Notes: generated from the sequence alone by a model not told the origin. A DNA stretch of 64,000 nt from Vicinamibacteria bacterium (GCA_964291235.2 OZ219815.1:1120001-1184000); one strand, 5' to 3'. Counted from the stretch's first letter, positions 38,289 to 47,866 are shown. Translations and numbers: made by a program.

Positions 38289-39482
38289 ATGAAGGGACGT
38301 CTCGAGGTTTGGGTAGGGAGGATCGGTGCCCGAGCGGGGCGTGTCGTGCTGGTGGCGGCGTTGGCCGCAACTCCCACCGGGCTGGCGGCGGAGGACGGTC
38401 CGCGTTCCGCCGCCGGCCCGGGTGGTCCAGCGAGCCGGGTGGCGAAGTCCGCGTCGCAGTTGCCGCCGGAAATCGAATTCGACCGGTTCCTGATACAGGC
38501 CCACCATGCCGTGGAGGATGGGGATGCCGAAGCCGCGCGGTCGGCGATGGAGCGGGTCCTGGCGCTCCAGGAGGAGCACGGGATGGAACCGGCGCTGGAA
38601 GACCATTTCCGCTGCGCGCAGGCCTGGCAGTTGGCCGGAGAGCCACAACGCGCCCTGGTCGCGGTGACCACCTATCTCCAGTTGCTGGGCCGGGACGCGC
38701 CGCACTACCGGGAGGCTCTCCGCCTGCTGAACGAGATCGAGGACGCCACCCGCCGGTCCGCGGCGGACTCGTCCGCACGCTCCGGTGATTCGGATCCACC
38801 CGGCCCCGACCCGGTGGGGCCGGCCGGGATGGAGTTCGAATGGATTCCGCCGGGGACGTTCCGCATGGGCTCCGGGAGTTCGGAGGCCTTCGAAGACGAA
38901 CAGCCGCCGACGCGGGTGCGGATCAGCCGGGGGTTCTGGCTTGGGAAGTACGAGGTGACACAGGCCGAGTGGGAGGCGGTGATGGGTTCAAATCCGTCGT
39001 CGTTCAGGGGGTGTGGGCACTGCCCGGTGGAGGAGGTGTCCTGGAACGACGTGCAGGACTTCATTTCCCGGGCGAACGGAAAGGAAGGGAGGGAGGTGTA
39101 CCGGCTACCGACCGAGGCGGAGTGGGAATACGCGGCGCGCGCCGGGACGACAGGGGACCGCTACGGGGACCTCGACGCCATTGCCTGGTACGGCGGGACC
39201 AGTGGCCGCCGGACGCATCCGGTGGGGGGGAGAGCGGCGAATGCGTGGGGGCTCCATGACGTGTTGGGGAACGTCGTCGAGTGGGTGGCGGACTGGTACG
39301 GCGACTACCCGGGCGGGTCCGTGACGGATCCGCAGGGACCCGGATTCGGCCCGGGCCGGGTGATTCGGGGCGGGTGCTGGGTCGGCGCCGCCAGGCACTC
39401 CCGGACGTCGAATCGCAACGTCAGTCCCCCTGACGTCCGCTACGACTTCCTGGGCTTCCGCCTGCTGAGAACCGCGCCCTGA
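38289..39482 (+). CDS. Secreted TPR-like plus FGE-sulfatase (SUMF1/CLec-fold) domain protein
   Basis: FRMGS, KYEVTQ, PVEEVSW, RLPTEAEWEYAARAG, NAWGLHDVLGNVVEW, RVIRGGCW...GFRL. Confidence 0.92.
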   Translation: MKGRLEVWVGRIGARAGRVVLVAALAATPTGLAAEDGPRSAAGPGGPASRVAKSASQLPPEIEFDRFLIQAHHAVEDGDAEAARSAMERVLALQEEHGMEPALEDHFRCAQAWQLAGEPQRALVAVTTYLQLLGRDAPHYREALRLLNEIEDATRRSAADSSARSGDSDPPGPDPVGPAGMEFEWIPPGTFRMGSGSSEAFEDEQPPTRVRISRGFWLGKYEVTQAEWEAVMGSNPSSFRGCGHCPVEEVSWNDVQDFISRANGKEGREVYRLPTEAEWEYAARAGTTGDRYGDLDAIAWYGGTSGRRTHPVGGRAANAWGLHDVLGNVVEWVADWYGDYPGGSVTDPQGPGFGPGRVIRGGCWVGAARHSRTSNRNVSPPDVRYDFLGFRLLRTAP

Positions 39483-39501
39483 GCGGGTGGCGCGCGGACC
39501 C

Positions 39502-41670
39502 TCAGAACGCCTTCAGCCAGGTCAGCTTGGCCACCGCCGTCCGCCGCGTCCAGGGATCGAGCCGCGGGTCGAGCGTGTCGTCGGTGATGTACCCGGTGTC
39601 GAGCACGAGGAACAGGTCGCTCCCGGGGGTGTGGATCCAGTCCACCCGGATGTTGGCCTGGAGTTCCTTCGAGAGGTTGTCCCACTGCACGAAAGCGCCG
39701 GCGAACAGCTTGCGGCTGACCGCGCCCTGGACGTTCACGCCGACCAGCGTGGTGGTGAAGTCGCCGTCCGGCACCGGCAGGGAGATCTCGTTGCGCGAGA
39801 CGTCGGCGCCGATGGTGAGGTGCGGACCGGTCTTGAGGCTGACCCCGCCCCGGACTTCGCTCCGATCCCCACCCCAGAAGCTCCCGGTGGACCCGAAGAC
39901 AGTGCCGGACAACACCCGGCTGTCGTTGGTTCGGGCACCCAGCGCGAAGGAGGTGAAACGGTAGTCCCCCGGGCTCAACACCCGGCCGCTGATCGAGGCC
40001 GGGCCGTGCAGCCGTTCGAACCGGCTGGTCCAGTCGAACGCGACGGTCTCTCCCGACTCGAAGACGAATCCCAGGCTGGACCCCGCCCGGCGGGATTGCA
40101 GTTCGCCGTCCGTTCCCAGAATCCGCTCCCCGCCAACCCGGACCCAGGAGCTTCGCGCCCAGTCGCTCGCCTCGAAGCGGGGCGTGAAGGCGGTCCAGAC
40201 GTTCCACTGGTCCTGGTCGCGCCGGCGGACGAAGCCGAGCGCCGGGTCGAACGCCTTCCCGACGTGGGTGCGCTGGACCCGCAGGCCGTAGCGGTCGTTC
40301 TGCAGTTCGAGTTCCGCCCGTCCGGCGGACGTCCCCTCCTGGTTTGCAGCGGCCTGTGAGTCCCAGACGCGCGCTCCCCACATCCGGAGCTGGGAACTGC
40401 CCCAGAAGCGGGTCACGAAGTCGGCGCCGGCCGTGCGGTTGCTCGTTCCCCCGGCGTCGAGGCTGGTCCCGATCATGCCCACCGTGGTGCGCTCGTGCAG
40501 GTTCGCCTGGAGCCGCACCACCGAGTTCCAGGCGCCGGCGTCTTCTGCGGGGAGGCGGCTCTCGGTGCGCAGGGCGAGCGCCCCGACGGAGATGGGCCCC
40601 GCCTGTCCGGTCAGCCGGCCGCCGCCGAGGATGTCGTCCTCGAGCCCGATCCGGCGGCTGAAGAAGACCTCGGTTTCCTGGGTCGTTCCGAACTCGAAGA
40701 GGCCGGCCCGCTCGAGGAAGAACTCGCGCTTTTCCGGGAAGAAGAGATCGAACCGGGTGAGGTTGATCTGGACGTTGTCGGTTTCCACCTGGGCGAAGTC
40801 GGTGTTCCAGGTCAGGTCGAGGGTCAGGTTCGAGGTCAGCCCGTACTTCAGGTCGAGACCGCCCGTGGACTCGCGTTCGAAGCCGTCCTGTCCGCCCTGC
40901 GCCTGGGCGCCGAGGTTGGCGTAGGGCTTCACCTCGAGGCGGTGCCCCCGGCGCACGTCCTTCAGCCCGGTGAGCGTCGCGTATTGGGAGGCCTGGGCGA
41001 CTCCTCCCTTGTAGTCCTGGCCGATGTGCGGCCAGACCGCCGTTTCGTTCTTGCGCCGGATCGTGCGGGAGAACGCGATCCCCATGACGGGCTCCTCGAC
41101 ATCCGCGAAGCGGATGGTGGTGAACGGGATCTCCATCTCCAGCACCCAGCCGTCCTCGTTCACGGTGGTCTCGGTGGTGAAGACGCCGTCCCAGTTCCAG
41201 TCCGGGCGGTCGAGGCTCTCGTCGGCGAAGAGCGCATCATCTTGGGTGCCGAGCGCGCCGATCTCGAAGATGTAGCCGTTCCGGCGGTCGAAATAGGTGT
41301 CGAGCCCGATGATCACGCGGTCGTCCTTGTCGATCCGGCCTCCCCGCTGCAGGATGTCTCTCCGGATGCGGTCGGGCTCCGAATCGAAGAACGTGAAGCC
41401 GAAATAAAGGGCGTCCTCGTCGTAGGCGATCCGCACCTCCGTGCGCTCACTGGCCGGTGCGCCGTCCACCGGATCGCGCTGCTTGAACCCGGTGACCGGG
41501 GCGATGGCCGCCCAGAAGGGCTCGTCGAGCACCCCGTCGATCCGGGGCGGCGTCTCGATGCGGACGGCGCGCGCCTCGCGCTCCTGCCCCGCCGCCGTGA
41601 CGCCCAGCCCGAGGCCCAGCAGGAGCAGTGCTCCCGCTCCGCCCCGCAGGGGGAGCGGTCGGTGGATCAG
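39502..41670 (-). CDS. CBM9-like plus DUF5916 outer-membrane protein (paralogue 1), probable CTG start
   Basis: PRIDGVLDE, TEVRIAYD, WNTDFAQVE, FFPEKREFFLE, FFSRRIG, C-terminal F; no ATG/GTG ahead of the signal peptide. Confidence 0.85.
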   Translation of the reverse strand: MIHRPLPLRGGAGALLLLGLGLGVTAAGQEREARAVRIETPPRIDGVLDEPFWAAIAPVTGFKQRDPVDGAPASERTEVRIAYDEDALYFGFTFFDSEPDRIRRDILQRGGRIDKDDRVIIGLDTYFDRRNGYIFEIGALGTQDDALFADESLDRPDWNWDGVFTTETTVNEDGWVLEMEIPFTTIRFADVEEPVMGIAFSRTIRRKNETAVWPHIGQDYKGGVAQASQYATLTGLKDVRRGHRLEVKPYANLGAQAQGGQDGFERESTGGLDLKYGLTSNLTLDLTWNTDFAQVETDNVQINLTRFDLFFPEKREFFLERAGLFEFGTTQETEVFFSRRIGLEDDILGGGRLTGQAGPISVGALALRTESRLPAEDAGAWNSVVRLQANLHERTTVGMIGTSLDAGGTSNRTAGADFVTRFWGSSQLRMWGARVWDSQAAANQEGTSAGRAELELQNDRYGLRVQRTHVGKAFDPALGFVRRRDQDQWNVWTAFTPRFEASDWARSSWVRVGGERILGTDGELQSRRAGSSLGFVFESGETVAFDWTSRFERLHGPASISGRVLSPGDYRFTSFALGARTNDSRVLSGTVFGSTGSFWGGDRSEVRGGVSLKTGPHLTIGADVSRNEISLPVPDGDFTTTLVGVNVQGAVSRKLFAGAFVQWDNLSKELQANIRVDWIHTPGSDLFLVLDTGYITDDTLDPRLDPWTRRTAVAKLTWLKAF

Positions 41671-42002
41671 CCGGATCCTCCGGCCATCTCGTGCACCTCG
41701 ATCTCGCAATCCGGCGACCAGGTGAGGTGGGGATGGTCGGCGACGAGAGCTTCGGCCGCCTCCATGTTTTCTGCCCGCACGATCGAGTAGCAGACGACGT
41801 TTCGGGAGCTCGGAGAGTTCCCTGCCGCGGTCAGACGGCGGCCTCCGGAGAGCTGCGTCCCCATGTCCACGAGCTGGTCCCCGCACCGGGCGAACCACGC
41901 CATCCAGGCTTGCATGCCCGCCTGCATTGCCGCCGGGTCGGCGTCTTTCGCCATTTCCATGAAGGACATGGGCATGTGGTAGAGCAACAGATACTTTTTC
42001 AC
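41667..42002 (-). CDS. YCII-related protein
   Basis: MKKYLLLY, AWMAWF, YSIVRAENMEAA...HPHL...IEVHE. Confidence 0.8.
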   Translation of the reverse strand: MKKYLLLYHMPMSFMEMAKDADPAAMQAGMQAWMAWFARCGDQLVDMGTQLSGGRRLTAAGNSPSSRNVVCYSIVRAENMEAAEALVADHPHLTWSPDCEIEVHEMAGGSG

Positions 42003-42043
42003 TTGGGTCCCTCGATTCGCTCGGTTCGGCCGGAAGTGCCGGG

Positions 42044-42072
42044 ACGATAGGCGGGAGTGGCGGGCGCGTCAA
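42044..42072 (-). promoter_or_regulatory. Sigma70-type promoter for the YCII gene and DUF5916 paralogue 1
   Basis: TTGACG-17 nt-TATCGT on the minus strand. Confidence 0.6.
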
Positions 42073-42089
42073 CGGGCGGCGCGGCGCGA

Positions 42090-44276
42090 TCAGAACGCCT
42101 TCAGCCAGGTGAGCTTGGCGACTGCGGTGCGCCGGGTCCAGGGATCGAACTGGGGATCGAGCCGCGGGTCGAGGGTGTCGTCGGTGATGTACCCGGTGTC
42201 GAGGACGAGGAAGAGGTCGCTTCCGGGCGTGTGGATCCAGTCGATCCGGATGTTCGCCTGGAGTTCCCTGGAGAGGCTGTCCCACTGCACCAGGGCGGCG
42301 GCGAAGAGCTTGCGGCTGACGGCGCCCACGAGGTCCACCGCGATCAGCGTGGTGGTGAAGTCGCCGTCCGGGACAGGCAGGGAAACCTGGTTGCGGCCCA
42401 GCCGGACGCCGACCGTGAGGTGCGGCCCGGTCTTGACGACCCCGCGACCGCCGTAGCGGGTGCGGCGACCGCTCCAGAAGCCCCCGCGGGACCCCTCGAG
42501 CGAAACCGAGAACATCCGGCTCTCGTTGGTGCTCGCGAAGCCTTCCCAGAAACGGAAGTCGTAGTCCCCGGGAGGGAGGATGCGTCCGCTGATGGAGGCC
42601 GGGCCGTGGAGGCGTTCGAAACGGTCGTCCACCACGAGGGAGACCCGTTCGCCCGACTCGAACAGGAAGTCCGCATTCGAGGAGAGCCGTTCCGACTGAA
42701 GTTCTCCGCCGGTCCCCCGGGTGCGGACCCCGCCTCCCCACACGGAAAACCGCCGGGCCCACCCGCTGGATTCGAATCGGGGCCGGAACCCGCCCCACAG
42801 CTGCCACTCGTCCATATCGCGGCGGCGGACGAAACCGAGCGCCGGGTCGAAGTCCTTGCCGACGTGGACGCGGTCCAGGGAAAGGGCGTAGCGGTCGTTC
42901 TCCAGATCCAGTTCGGCGCGCGCCGCCTGCTGTCCGGGGCCGGAGCCGCCCGCCCGGGAATCCCACAGGCGCGCCCCCCACACCCGGAACGCCGAACTGG
43001 TCCAGAACCGCGTGTGGAAGTCGGCGCCGGCCGCGCGGTTGGAGCTTCCGCCGGCGCGGTCGAGGCTCGTGGCGATCACCCCGGCGGTCGTGCGTTCGGA
43101 GAGATTCGCCTGCAGGCGGAGAACCGAGTTCCAGGCGGCCGGAGCTTGGCCGTCCCCGGCCGCGGCGCCCGGCGGCGTTCCTCCGGTCCGGAGCGCGAGC
43201 GCCCCGACGGAGATCGGCCCCGCCTGCCCGGTAAGCCGCGCGCCGCCCTGGATGTCGCCGTCGAGACCCACCCGGCGGCTGAAGAAGACCTCCGTCTCCC
43301 GGGTCGTTCCGAACTCGAAGAGTCCCGCCCGTTCGAGGAAGAACTCCCGTTTCTCGGGGAAGAAGAGATCGAACCGGGTGAGGTTGATCTGGACGTTGTC
43401 CGCCTCGACCTGGGCGAAGTCCGTGTTCCAGGTGAGATCGAGGGTGAGGTTCGAGGTGACCCCGTACTTGAGATCGAGCCCCGCCTTCGACTGGCGCTCG
43501 ACATCGGGCTCGCCTGCGAGTTGCTGGCCGCCGAGGGAGGCGTAGGGTTTCACCTCGAGGCGGTGGCCCCGGCGGACGTCCTTCAGGCCGGTGAGGGTCG
43601 CGTATTGGGAAGCCTGCGCGATGCCTCCCACAAAATCCTGGCCGATGTGGGGCCAGAAAACGTTCTCGTTCTTCCGGCGGATGGAGCGTTGGATGGCGAT
43701 CCCCATGACCGGCTCGTCGACGTCGGCGAAGCGGATCGTGGTGAACGGGATCGCCATCTCGAGCACCCAGCCCTCGGCGTTCACGGTGGTCGCGGTGGTG
43801 AAGACGCCGTCCCAGTTCCAGTCGGGGCGTTCGAGGCGTTCGTCGGTGAACAGTGCGTCGTCCTGGGTGCCGAGCGCGCCCACTTCGAAGATGTAGCCGT
43901 TCCGGCGGTCGAGGTAGGTGTCGAGCGCGACGACCACCCGGTCGTCCTTGCTGATCCGGCCGCCGCGGTCGAGGATGGCCCGGTTGATCCGGTGGGGCTC
44001 GGAATCGAAGAACGTGAACCCGAAGTACAGCGAGTCCCGGTCGTAGGCGATCCGCACCTCGGTGCGCTCGCTGGGCGGCGCGCCGTCCACCGGATCGCGC
44101 TGTTTGAAACCCGTAACCGGCGGGATTCCGGCCCAGAACGCCTCGTCGAGCACCCCGTCAATCCGGGGAGGGGTCTCGATGCGGACCGCCCGCGCTTCGG
44201 GGCCCTGGGCGGAGGCCGCGGATCCGAGGCAGAGGGCGTTCAGGAGCAGGGCGGCCAGGACGATGAGCTTCTTCAC
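42090..44276 (-). CDS. CBM9-like plus DUF5916 outer-membrane protein (paralogue 2)
   Basis: Signal peptide MKKLIVLAALL; same motifs and an identical C-terminal 17 aa. Confidence 0.88.
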   Translation of the reverse strand: MKKLIVLAALLLNALCLGSAASAQGPEARAVRIETPPRIDGVLDEAFWAGIPPVTGFKQRDPVDGAPPSERTEVRIAYDRDSLYFGFTFFDSEPHRINRAILDRGGRISKDDRVVVALDTYLDRRNGYIFEVGALGTQDDALFTDERLERPDWNWDGVFTTATTVNAEGWVLEMAIPFTTIRFADVDEPVMGIAIQRSIRRKNENVFWPHIGQDFVGGIAQASQYATLTGLKDVRRGHRLEVKPYASLGGQQLAGEPDVERQSKAGLDLKYGVTSNLTLDLTWNTDFAQVEADNVQINLTRFDLFFPEKREFFLERAGLFEFGTTRETEVFFSRRVGLDGDIQGGARLTGQAGPISVGALALRTGGTPPGAAAGDGQAPAAWNSVLRLQANLSERTTAGVIATSLDRAGGSSNRAAGADFHTRFWTSSAFRVWGARLWDSRAGGSGPGQQAARAELDLENDRYALSLDRVHVGKDFDPALGFVRRRDMDEWQLWGGFRPRFESSGWARRFSVWGGGVRTRGTGGELQSERLSSNADFLFESGERVSLVVDDRFERLHGPASISGRILPPGDYDFRFWEGFASTNESRMFSVSLEGSRGGFWSGRRTRYGGRGVVKTGPHLTVGVRLGRNQVSLPVPDGDFTTTLIAVDLVGAVSRKLFAAALVQWDSLSRELQANIRIDWIHTPGSDLFLVLDTGYITDDTLDPRLDPQFDPWTRRTAVAKLTWLKAF

Positions 44277-44351
44277 TGCGTTTTCGAGTCGGATCGGTTC
44301 GGAAGACGCCGGATATTCTCCGGCCCGGAGTCTTTCCCCACGGAGCCCGCC

Positions 44352-45035
44352 ATGTCGAAGACCACTACCTTCGTTTTCCTCCTCTTCGCCGCGCTGACTG
44401 CCGGGTGCGGGGGGAACGCCCCCGAGGAAGCCGCCGACGCGCCGGCTGCGGAGCCCGCCGCCGAGGAAACGGTGGGCATCGTCATCGAGACGGCGCTCGG
44501 CGAGATCGAGGTGGAGCTCTATCCCGAGCGGGCGCCGCTATCGGTCGCCCAGTTCCTCCGCTACGTGGACGGCGGTCACTACGACGGCAAGTCCGCCTTC
44601 TACCGCGCCACCCACACCGCCGCCGGGGACGCGCACGACGTGGTGCAGGGCGGCATGCGGAGCCTGCCGATGCTGGTGCGCGACGGCGGGGAGGCGGAGG
44701 AGGAGCCGCCGTTCCCGCCGATCCCCCACGAGATCACCCTCGACACCGGGATCCGGAACGAGCGGGGGACCCTCGCCTACGCCCGCGGCGCGCCCGGTAC
44801 CGCGAACACGGAGTTCTTCTTCAACGTCGGGGACAACTTTGTGCTGGACACCGATTCCGGCGATCCGACCCGGGACGGCTTCGGCTACGCCACCTTCGGA
44901 CGGGTGGTCGGGGGCATGGAGGTGCTCGACGAGATCCACCGCTTGCCGACGGACGCCCCCGCGGCCAGCGAGATCGTCCAGGGACAGATCCTGAACGAGC
45001 CGGTGCCGATCGTCAGCGCGCGCCGGGCGCAGTAG
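44352..45035 (+). CDS. Cyclophilin-type peptidyl-prolyl isomerase, lipoprotein
   Basis: IETALGEIEVEL...AP, FYR, VQGG, RGTLAYAR, EFFFN, GYATFGRVVGGM; lipobox TAGC. Confidence 0.9.
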   Translation: MSKTTTFVFLLFAALTAGCGGNAPEEAADAPAAEPAAEETVGIVIETALGEIEVELYPERAPLSVAQFLRYVDGGHYDGKSAFYRATHTAAGDAHDVVQGGMRSLPMLVRDGGEAEEEPPFPPIPHEITLDTGIRNERGTLAYARGAPGTANTEFFFNVGDNFVLDTDSGDPTRDGFGYATFGRVVGGMEVLDEIHRLPTDAPAASEIVQGQILNEPVPIVSARRAQ

Positions 45036-45549
45036 GGAGGGGTCCCTCCAGCAGGCGCCGCACCCGCGCCGCCCGCGCCGCGTCCGGATCGGGCGCCACC
45101 GCGGTCCGCTCGAGTTCCCGGACGTAAGGGGGCGGCAACCCGTGTTCTCTGGCTCCCGCCACCACCAGGTCCCGGTACCAATCGAAGGGAAGACAGGCCG
45201 GATCGAGGTAGCGGTCACCGGCGATGTAGGTCATGGCTTCGGCGGCGCCGCCATCGGGGAGCCGCAGCCGCAGTGGATGCCGCGCGTAACCGCCCAGATG
45301 CACGCCCTCCTCCCGGTCCAGCCCGGCAAGGTCGGTAGCCGCAAACTCGTAGAGGACCCCGTACACCACGTCCGCATCGTCCCCGGTCGCGATGAGCGTG
45401 CACTTGCCGGAGCCGTCCGTCCCGATCTTGTGGAAACGCATGACAAAGCCGGACACCATCGCGATCCCGCGCGCGACGGCGGAGGGCGCGCGTGCCGGGT
45501 CCGTCAGGCGCCGGGTCAGCAGGTTCGACCCGTACGCGAAGTACCGCAT
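45013..45549 (-). CDS. Gamma-glutamylcyclotransferase family protein
   Basis: YFAYGSNL, VYGVLY, LDREEG, Y...VVAGAREHGLP..Y. Confidence 0.88.
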   Translation of the reverse strand: MRYFAYGSNLLTRRLTDPARAPSAVARGIAMVSGFVMRFHKIGTDGSGKCTLIATGDDADVVYGVLYEFAATDLAGLDREEGVHLGGYARHPLRLRLPDGGAAEAMTYIAGDRYLDPACLPFDWYRDLVVAGAREHGLPPPYVRELERTAVAPDPDAARAARVRRLLEGPLPTAPGAR

Positions 45550-45570
45550 GGGTCCCTCAGCAATCCGCTA

Positions 45571-45599
45571 GAATGCATGCAATGACAGCGCATTCATTG
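45571..45599 (+). promoter_or_regulatory. Putative TA operator (overlapping inverted repeats)
   Basis: GAATGC...GCATTC and CAATGA...TCATTG overlapping a TAGAAT -10 and adjoining the GGAGG RBS. Confidence 0.5.
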
Positions 45600-45610
45600 G
45601 AGGTATTACG

Positions 45611-45847
45611 ATGGCTCAGCTGACGGTTCGTCGCGTGACGGACCAGATCGTACGGGAGTTGAAACTGCGGGCCGCGGCCAACGGCCGGTCCGCCGAGGCG
45701 GAGCACCGCGAAATCCTCCGCCGCACGCTGCTGCGTGGATCGGAGGATTTCGCGGCACGCGCCGCGAAGCTGCGCGAACGGCTGGTTTCGACGGTGGACA
45801 GCACGGACATCATCCGAGCCGACCGGGATCGCGACTTCCCTGGATGA
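45611..45847 (+). CDS. FitA-like ribbon-helix-helix antitoxin
   Basis: MAQLTVR...LKLRAAANGRSAEAEHREIL; ATGA overlap with the toxin. Confidence 0.9.
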   Translation: MAQLTVRRVTDQIVRELKLRAAANGRSAEAEHREILRRTLLRGSEDFAARAAKLRERLVSTVDSTDIIRADRDRDFPG

Positions 45848-46272
45848 CCCGCTACGTCGTCGACGCCAGCGTCGCCGTCAAATGGCTGGTTCGAGAACCA
45901 CTGTCCCACGAGGCGTCGCGTCTGCTGGCGGGCGACATTTCCCTTATGGCTCCGGACCTGCTGTTCGCCGAGGCGGCCAACGCGCTCTGGGCCATGCGGC
46001 AGCGCGGAGAGTTGACGGACGCCCAGTTCGAGGAAGCCGTCGAGACGTTGCAGGGGGCTCCCGTCCTGGTCCCGAGCACGCTGCTCCAACTCACGGCGGC
46101 GGCCTCCCGTCTCGCCGCCGATCTGGGCCACCCGATCTACGACTGCTTCTACCTCGCGCTCGCGATTCAGGAGAAGGCCCCGCTCGTCACCGCGGATACG
46201 CGCTTTTGGGACCGTGTCGGGAGCCACCCCTATCTGTCGGACGCGATCACCCGCCTCGCTGACCTGGGGTGA
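45844..46272 (+). CDS. vapC: VapC PIN-domain toxin
   Basis: VVDASVAVKW, E.ANAL, YDCFYLALA, LVTAD. Confidence 0.92.
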   Translation: MTRYVVDASVAVKWLVREPLSHEASRLLAGDISLMAPDLLFAEAANALWAMRQRGELTDAQFEEAVETLQGAPVLVPSTLLQLTAAASRLAADLGHPIYDCFYLALAIQEKAPLVTADTRFWDRVGSHPYLSDAITRLADLG

Positions 46273-46303
46273 GCTGGGCGGGTGGTCGCGGTCTCGGGGT
46301 TTC

Positions 46304-47866
46304 CTACGCCGGGCCGTCCGCCCGGACCCCGTGCTGGGTGTCTGTCGCCACCCGAATCCCTGCGGCCCAGCGCTGTACGTCCGTCTTCTCCTCCACCGTC
46401 GGCACGAAGTACCAGTCGTTCTGGACGCGGTCCGGTTTGAGGTCGAGGACGCAGTAGCCGCGGTGGAAGGCCTCCCCGAACTTCTTGTGCGGGTTGGCGG
46501 CGAGTTCCGCGGCCACCTCGGCGGCGACGGCCTCTTCGTTCCCCAGCCGGCGCAGCTTCGAGCTCGGTGAGGACACCGCGGTGACCACGAAGTCCACGCC
46601 GTAGGAACCCGCGCCCGTATCCCGGTCGTAGCCGGCGAGGGGGTTTCGCGGCACGTCCATTCCCCAGGACTGGTGCACGTCGCCGGTGAGCACCACCAGG
46701 TTGCCGATCCGTTCGCGTTCGAGGAAATCGAAGAGCCGGTTCCGGCTCGCCCCGTAGCCGTCCCACTGATCCGGGTTCTGGGGATTGCCGTCGGCGTCGA
46801 GCATCGGCCCCATCATCACCTGCTGTCCGAGCACCGGCCACCGCACTCCCGCCGCCTTGGCCGCGGCGAGTTCGCCGTAGAGCCACCGCTCCTGCCGTTC
46901 GCCGAGCAGCGTCCGGTCGGGATGCGCCATCCCCTCCGCGTCGCCCCACTCGGCCTGCCGGGAGCGTCCGATGAGCCGGGTATCCAGCATGATGAGGTCG
47001 AGCAGCTTTCCGAAGCGGAAGGTCCGGTAGGTGCGCTGGCTGGGCCACGGCTCGGGCTCGCGGATCGGCATCCACTCGAAGTAGGCCTTCACGGCCGCCG
47101 TGCGGCGCACGAACCAGTCGCCCTCTTCTTCCTCGATCTGGTGGTTCTGTGCCCCGTCGGTGTAGGCGTTGTTGGTGATCTCGTGGTCGTCCCAGACGCA
47201 CACGAAGGGATGCAGGCGATGCACCTCCTGGAGGTCGGGATCGGCCTTGTACTGCGCGTGCCGGGTCCGGTAGTCGGAGAGCGTGGTGATCTCCTTGTTC
47301 GGCTGGGGTGCCCGGCCGAACCGGGTGCCGTCGCCGTAACCGCGGTTCGGATACTCGTAGAGGTAGTCCCCGAGGTGGAGGACGGCGTCGAGGTCGTCCC
47401 GCTCCGCGATCCGCCGGTACACGTTGAAGTAGCCGAAGGGCAGGTTGGAGCAGGAGACGAAGGCGAGCCGGACGTGATCGGTGTCGCGGGGCAGGGTCTT
47501 CGTGCGGCCGACCGGCGACTGCTCGCCAAGCGCCTCGAACCGGTAGTGGTACGTCATTCCCGGTTTCAATCCGGGAGCGGTGGCCTTGAAGGTGTAGTCC
47601 CGTTCGGGTCCGGTCGCCCCTTCGCCCTCCGAGACGACGTCCTGCATGCCGGGATCGTGAGCGACCTGCCAGCGGACGGGCACCCGGTCGTCCGAGGACC
47701 CCGAGACCCTGGTCCAGAGCAGCACCCGGTCGGTGAGCGGATCCCCGCTCGCCACCCCGTGGGCGAAGACCTGTTCCTGGGCGAGAACGGGGAGCGCCCG
47801 GGCGAAGGGCAGGACGAGCCCCGCGCGGGCGGAGGTTCCGAGAAACAGCCGGCGGTTCATGGTCAT
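46304..47866 (-). CDS. phoD: Alkaline phosphatase D, Tat-exported
   Basis: NRRLFL, FAHGVASGDP, SCSN, HLGDYLYE, WDDHE, LDTR, DQWDGY, LTGDVH. Confidence 0.93.
   Translation of the reverse strand: MTMNRRLFLGTSARAGLVLPFARALPVLAQEQVFAHGVASGDPLTDRVLLWTRVSGSSDDRVPVRWQVAHDPGMQDVVSEGEGATGPERDYTFKATAPGLKPGMTYHYRFEALGEQSPVGRTKTLPRDTDHVRLAFVSCSNLPFGYFNVYRRIAERDDLDAVLHLGDYLYEYPNRGYGDGTRFGRAPQPNKEITTLSDYRTRHAQYKADPDLQEVHRLHPFVCVWDDHEITNNAYTDGAQNHQIEEEEGDWFVRRTAAVKAYFEWMPIREPEPWPSQRTYRTFRFGKLLDLIMLDTRLIGRSRQAEWGDAEGMAHPDRTLLGERQERWLYGELAAAKAAGVRWPVLGQQVMMGPMLDADGNPQNPDQWDGYGASRNRLFDFLERERIGNLVVLTGDVHQSWGMDVPRNPLAGYDRDTGAGSYGVDFVVTAVSSPSSKLRRLGNEEAVAAEVAAELAANPHKKFGEAFHRGYCVLDLKPDRVQNDWYFVPTVEEKTDVQRWAAGIRVATDTQHGVRADGPA

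Noticed and set aside
38289-39482. True formylglycine-generating enzyme
   Set aside because: Lacks the catalytic Cys pair after RGGS and has no adjacent sulfatase; better read as a CLec-fold binding domain
39502-42981. 1159-aa ORF as one giant protein; likewise the 5' extensions of 6569-8938, 9798-11741, 32974-34776, 42057-45035 and 61170-62882
   Set aside because: The extensions are off-frame or antisense readings of neighbouring real genes; true starts lie downstream
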